The notes under the pieces: generated by a model
What the model saw: the letters and a program-made list of their open reading frames with translations, nothing else
The model's database searches: none
What the model was told of the DNA's origin: nothing
Made by a program: the position numbers and the translations under genes
Assembly: GCA_030619905.1 (NCBI GenBank)
Contig: JAUXAO010000002.1
Span: 65,193-129,192 of the forward strand
Reading direction: 5' to 3'
Length of the DNA: 64,000 nucleotides
Source: a bacterium
GTDB taxonomy: Bacteria; Patescibacteriota; Minisyncoccia; Minisyncoccales; CG1-02-41-26
Shown here: piece after piece, positions 62,919-64,000 of the stretch
Numbering within the stretch: position 1 is the first letter of the stretch
Layout of the letters: every line of letters starts with the position of its first letter

Positions 62919-63284
62919 CTATAATTCGTCTCTTGGGGTATCTCCTATCTCTTTTTCAAATTTGGCTTCTTCTTTGGATATCTCTTTTATTTCTTTACTA
63001 TCAATCACTGTAAAATACCTTATCGGTTTATTCTCTTGTTTGGCAATCTTAATTTCAGCTAAAACACCATTGCTTATCTCTCCAAAAACCCATAACTCAT
63101 CTGCTTTTTCAACCAAATTGTTATTTGCCTCTCTAATTCTATCTTTATCAATAGCATCCAACATAAAATATTCAAAAAGCATAAAGGGATTCAAGGGAAT
63201 ACAATCTTTTTCTAAGACAAATTTAGAAATATGCATTCTGAAATAGAATAACTTTTTTGAAATCGCTGTATAAACTAATTTCAT
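62919..63284 (-). CDS. hypothetical protein (121 aa)
   Basis: ORF track. The ...ADELWVFGEISNGVLAEI.. segment may indicate a Rossmann-like nucleotide-processing fold, but I cannot name a family. Confidence 0.4.
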   Translation of the reverse strand: MKLVYTAISKKLFYFRMHISKFVLEKDCIPLNPFMLFEYFMLDAIDKDRIREANNNLVEKADELWVFGEISNGVLAEIKIAKQENKPIRYFTVIDSKEIKEISKEEAKFEKEIGDTPRDEL

Positions 63285-63288
63285 ATTT

Positions 63289-63594
63289 TTATATATCCTT
63301 TGTTCGAGTGACCACTCCGTTTATCTTTTGGTATTCTCTTTCTTTATTCTTTTCAATTTTTTTCAAAATTTCCTTCTCTAAATCAATTTTTAATATTTCT
63401 GAAAGTCCTAAAAGATAAATTGCGACATCTGCTAATTCTTCTCCTAGATCCGGTGACTTTTTGCGGTACGCATGAAAAGCTTCATTGATCTCTCCATAGA
63501 TTAGATTGAATTCAAGATTAACATCTTCTATATTAAAACCTTTGGCTTTTTTATTTTCGAATATTTCCTTTTGAAGCTTCTTTAAATCAATCAT
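63289..63594 (-). CDS. MazG-type nucleotide pyrophosphohydrolase domain protein
   Basis: YGEINEAFHAY and GEELADVAIYLL motifs (all-alpha NTP-PPase). Confidence 0.7.
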   Translation of the reverse strand: MIDLKKLQKEIFENKKAKGFNIEDVNLEFNLIYGEINEAFHAYRKKSPDLGEELADVAIYLLGLSEILKIDLEKEILKKIEKNKEREYQKINGVVTRTKDI

Positions 63595-63649
63595 AAATTT
63601 CTATTTTAAATTATTTCTCTTTTATTATACATCAAAACCCTAAAACTTA

Positions 63650-64000
63650 TTAAGTCAGAAGTAACTTTATAGCAAGGGCAATGGCAACAATAACAAACAA
63701 TATTTTTACAAACTTATTTCCCTTTTTAATTGCAATTGAAGAACCAACCCAGGCACCCATAGACTCACTTATAAAGAGAACTATTCCTATGGGCCAGTTA
63801 ATTATTCCATAAAATGCGTAGATAGAGATAGAGACCAATGCACCAATTAAATTAGGTATCCTCCGTGTTGCTGCGCTCTCTAAAAATGTTAATCCAAATA
63901 TAGAGATTAAAATATAGGTTTGAATAGTTCCACCTCCACCCCCTATAAATCCTCCATAAATAGCAACAATAAAAAATAGAAATGCCCCGATTATCCAATT
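63650..64000 (-). CDS. TauE/SafE (DUF81) family membrane transporter, N-terminal part beyond the window
   Basis: The frame stays open from 64000. Own translation: NWIIGAFLFFIVAIYGGFIGGGGGTIQTYILISIFGLTFLESAATRRIPNLIGALVSISIYAF.... The track start 63838 is an internal TTG. Confidence 0.7.
   Translation of the reverse strand, partial: NWIIGAFLFFIVAIYGGFIGGGGGTIQTYILISIFGLTFLESAATRRIPNLIGALVSISIYAFYGIINWPIGIVLFISESMGAWVGSSIAIKKGNKFVKILFVIVAIALAIKLLLT

Overview
This is a 64-kb window of a very AT-rich, tightly packed bacterial chromosome. Typical 60-nt lines that I hand-counted are about 25-30% GC. The gene content suggests a Candidate Phyla Radiation / Patescibacteria-type organism (inference only): little metabolism, a sortase with large repeat-domain surface proteins, a membrane-anchored Clp/Hsp100-like ATPase, DUF134/DUF5320/DUF5667/DUF5652 proteins, and many nucleotide house-cleaning enzymes. 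I call about 80 protein genes, mostly on the minus strand, and 3 tRNAs (Gln-UUG, Glu-CUC, Val-CAC). Recognisable blocks are: murC (open at the left edge); an AmmeMemoRadiSam trio; dnaX / cysS-dnaB-recR; a Ca2+ set (P-type ATPase plus two CaCA antiporters); the start of the dcw cluster (mraZ-rsmH-ftsL-ftsI); a surface-protein/sortase/CAP locus; a membrane AAA+ operon; rplJ-rplL with leader; a MacAB-like efflux operon; ychF-greA; and a NUDIX/MazG/rarA cluster. I saw no transposase, integrase, reverse transcriptase, CRISPR array or rRNA. The signals not explained by ordinary annotation are these. (1) A dispersed family of conserved 60-100 nt elements fused to intrinsic terminators sits right after the stop codons of unrelated singleton genes. 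(2) A recurring compact terminator plus extended -10 (TGnTAGAAT) module appears at least 7 times. (3) Two ~245-nt, highly structured, promoter-to-terminator non-coding transcripts of unknown class are present. (4) Phased TGTGGATAA-type repeats (DnaA-box consensus, MraZ-operator geometry) lie around the mraZ promoter. (5) A GC-richer mosaic of monocistronic orphan genes lies beside tRNA-Glu, including one gene bracketed by a perfect 12-bp inverted repeat. (6) Three paralogous surface-protein genes share a 305-bp repeat at about 95% identity. (7) A P-type ATPase has non-canonical DKTLT / TGEW catalytic motifs. I cannot point to a multi-gene system that is demonstrably new, so the candidates below carry modest, explicit confidence.
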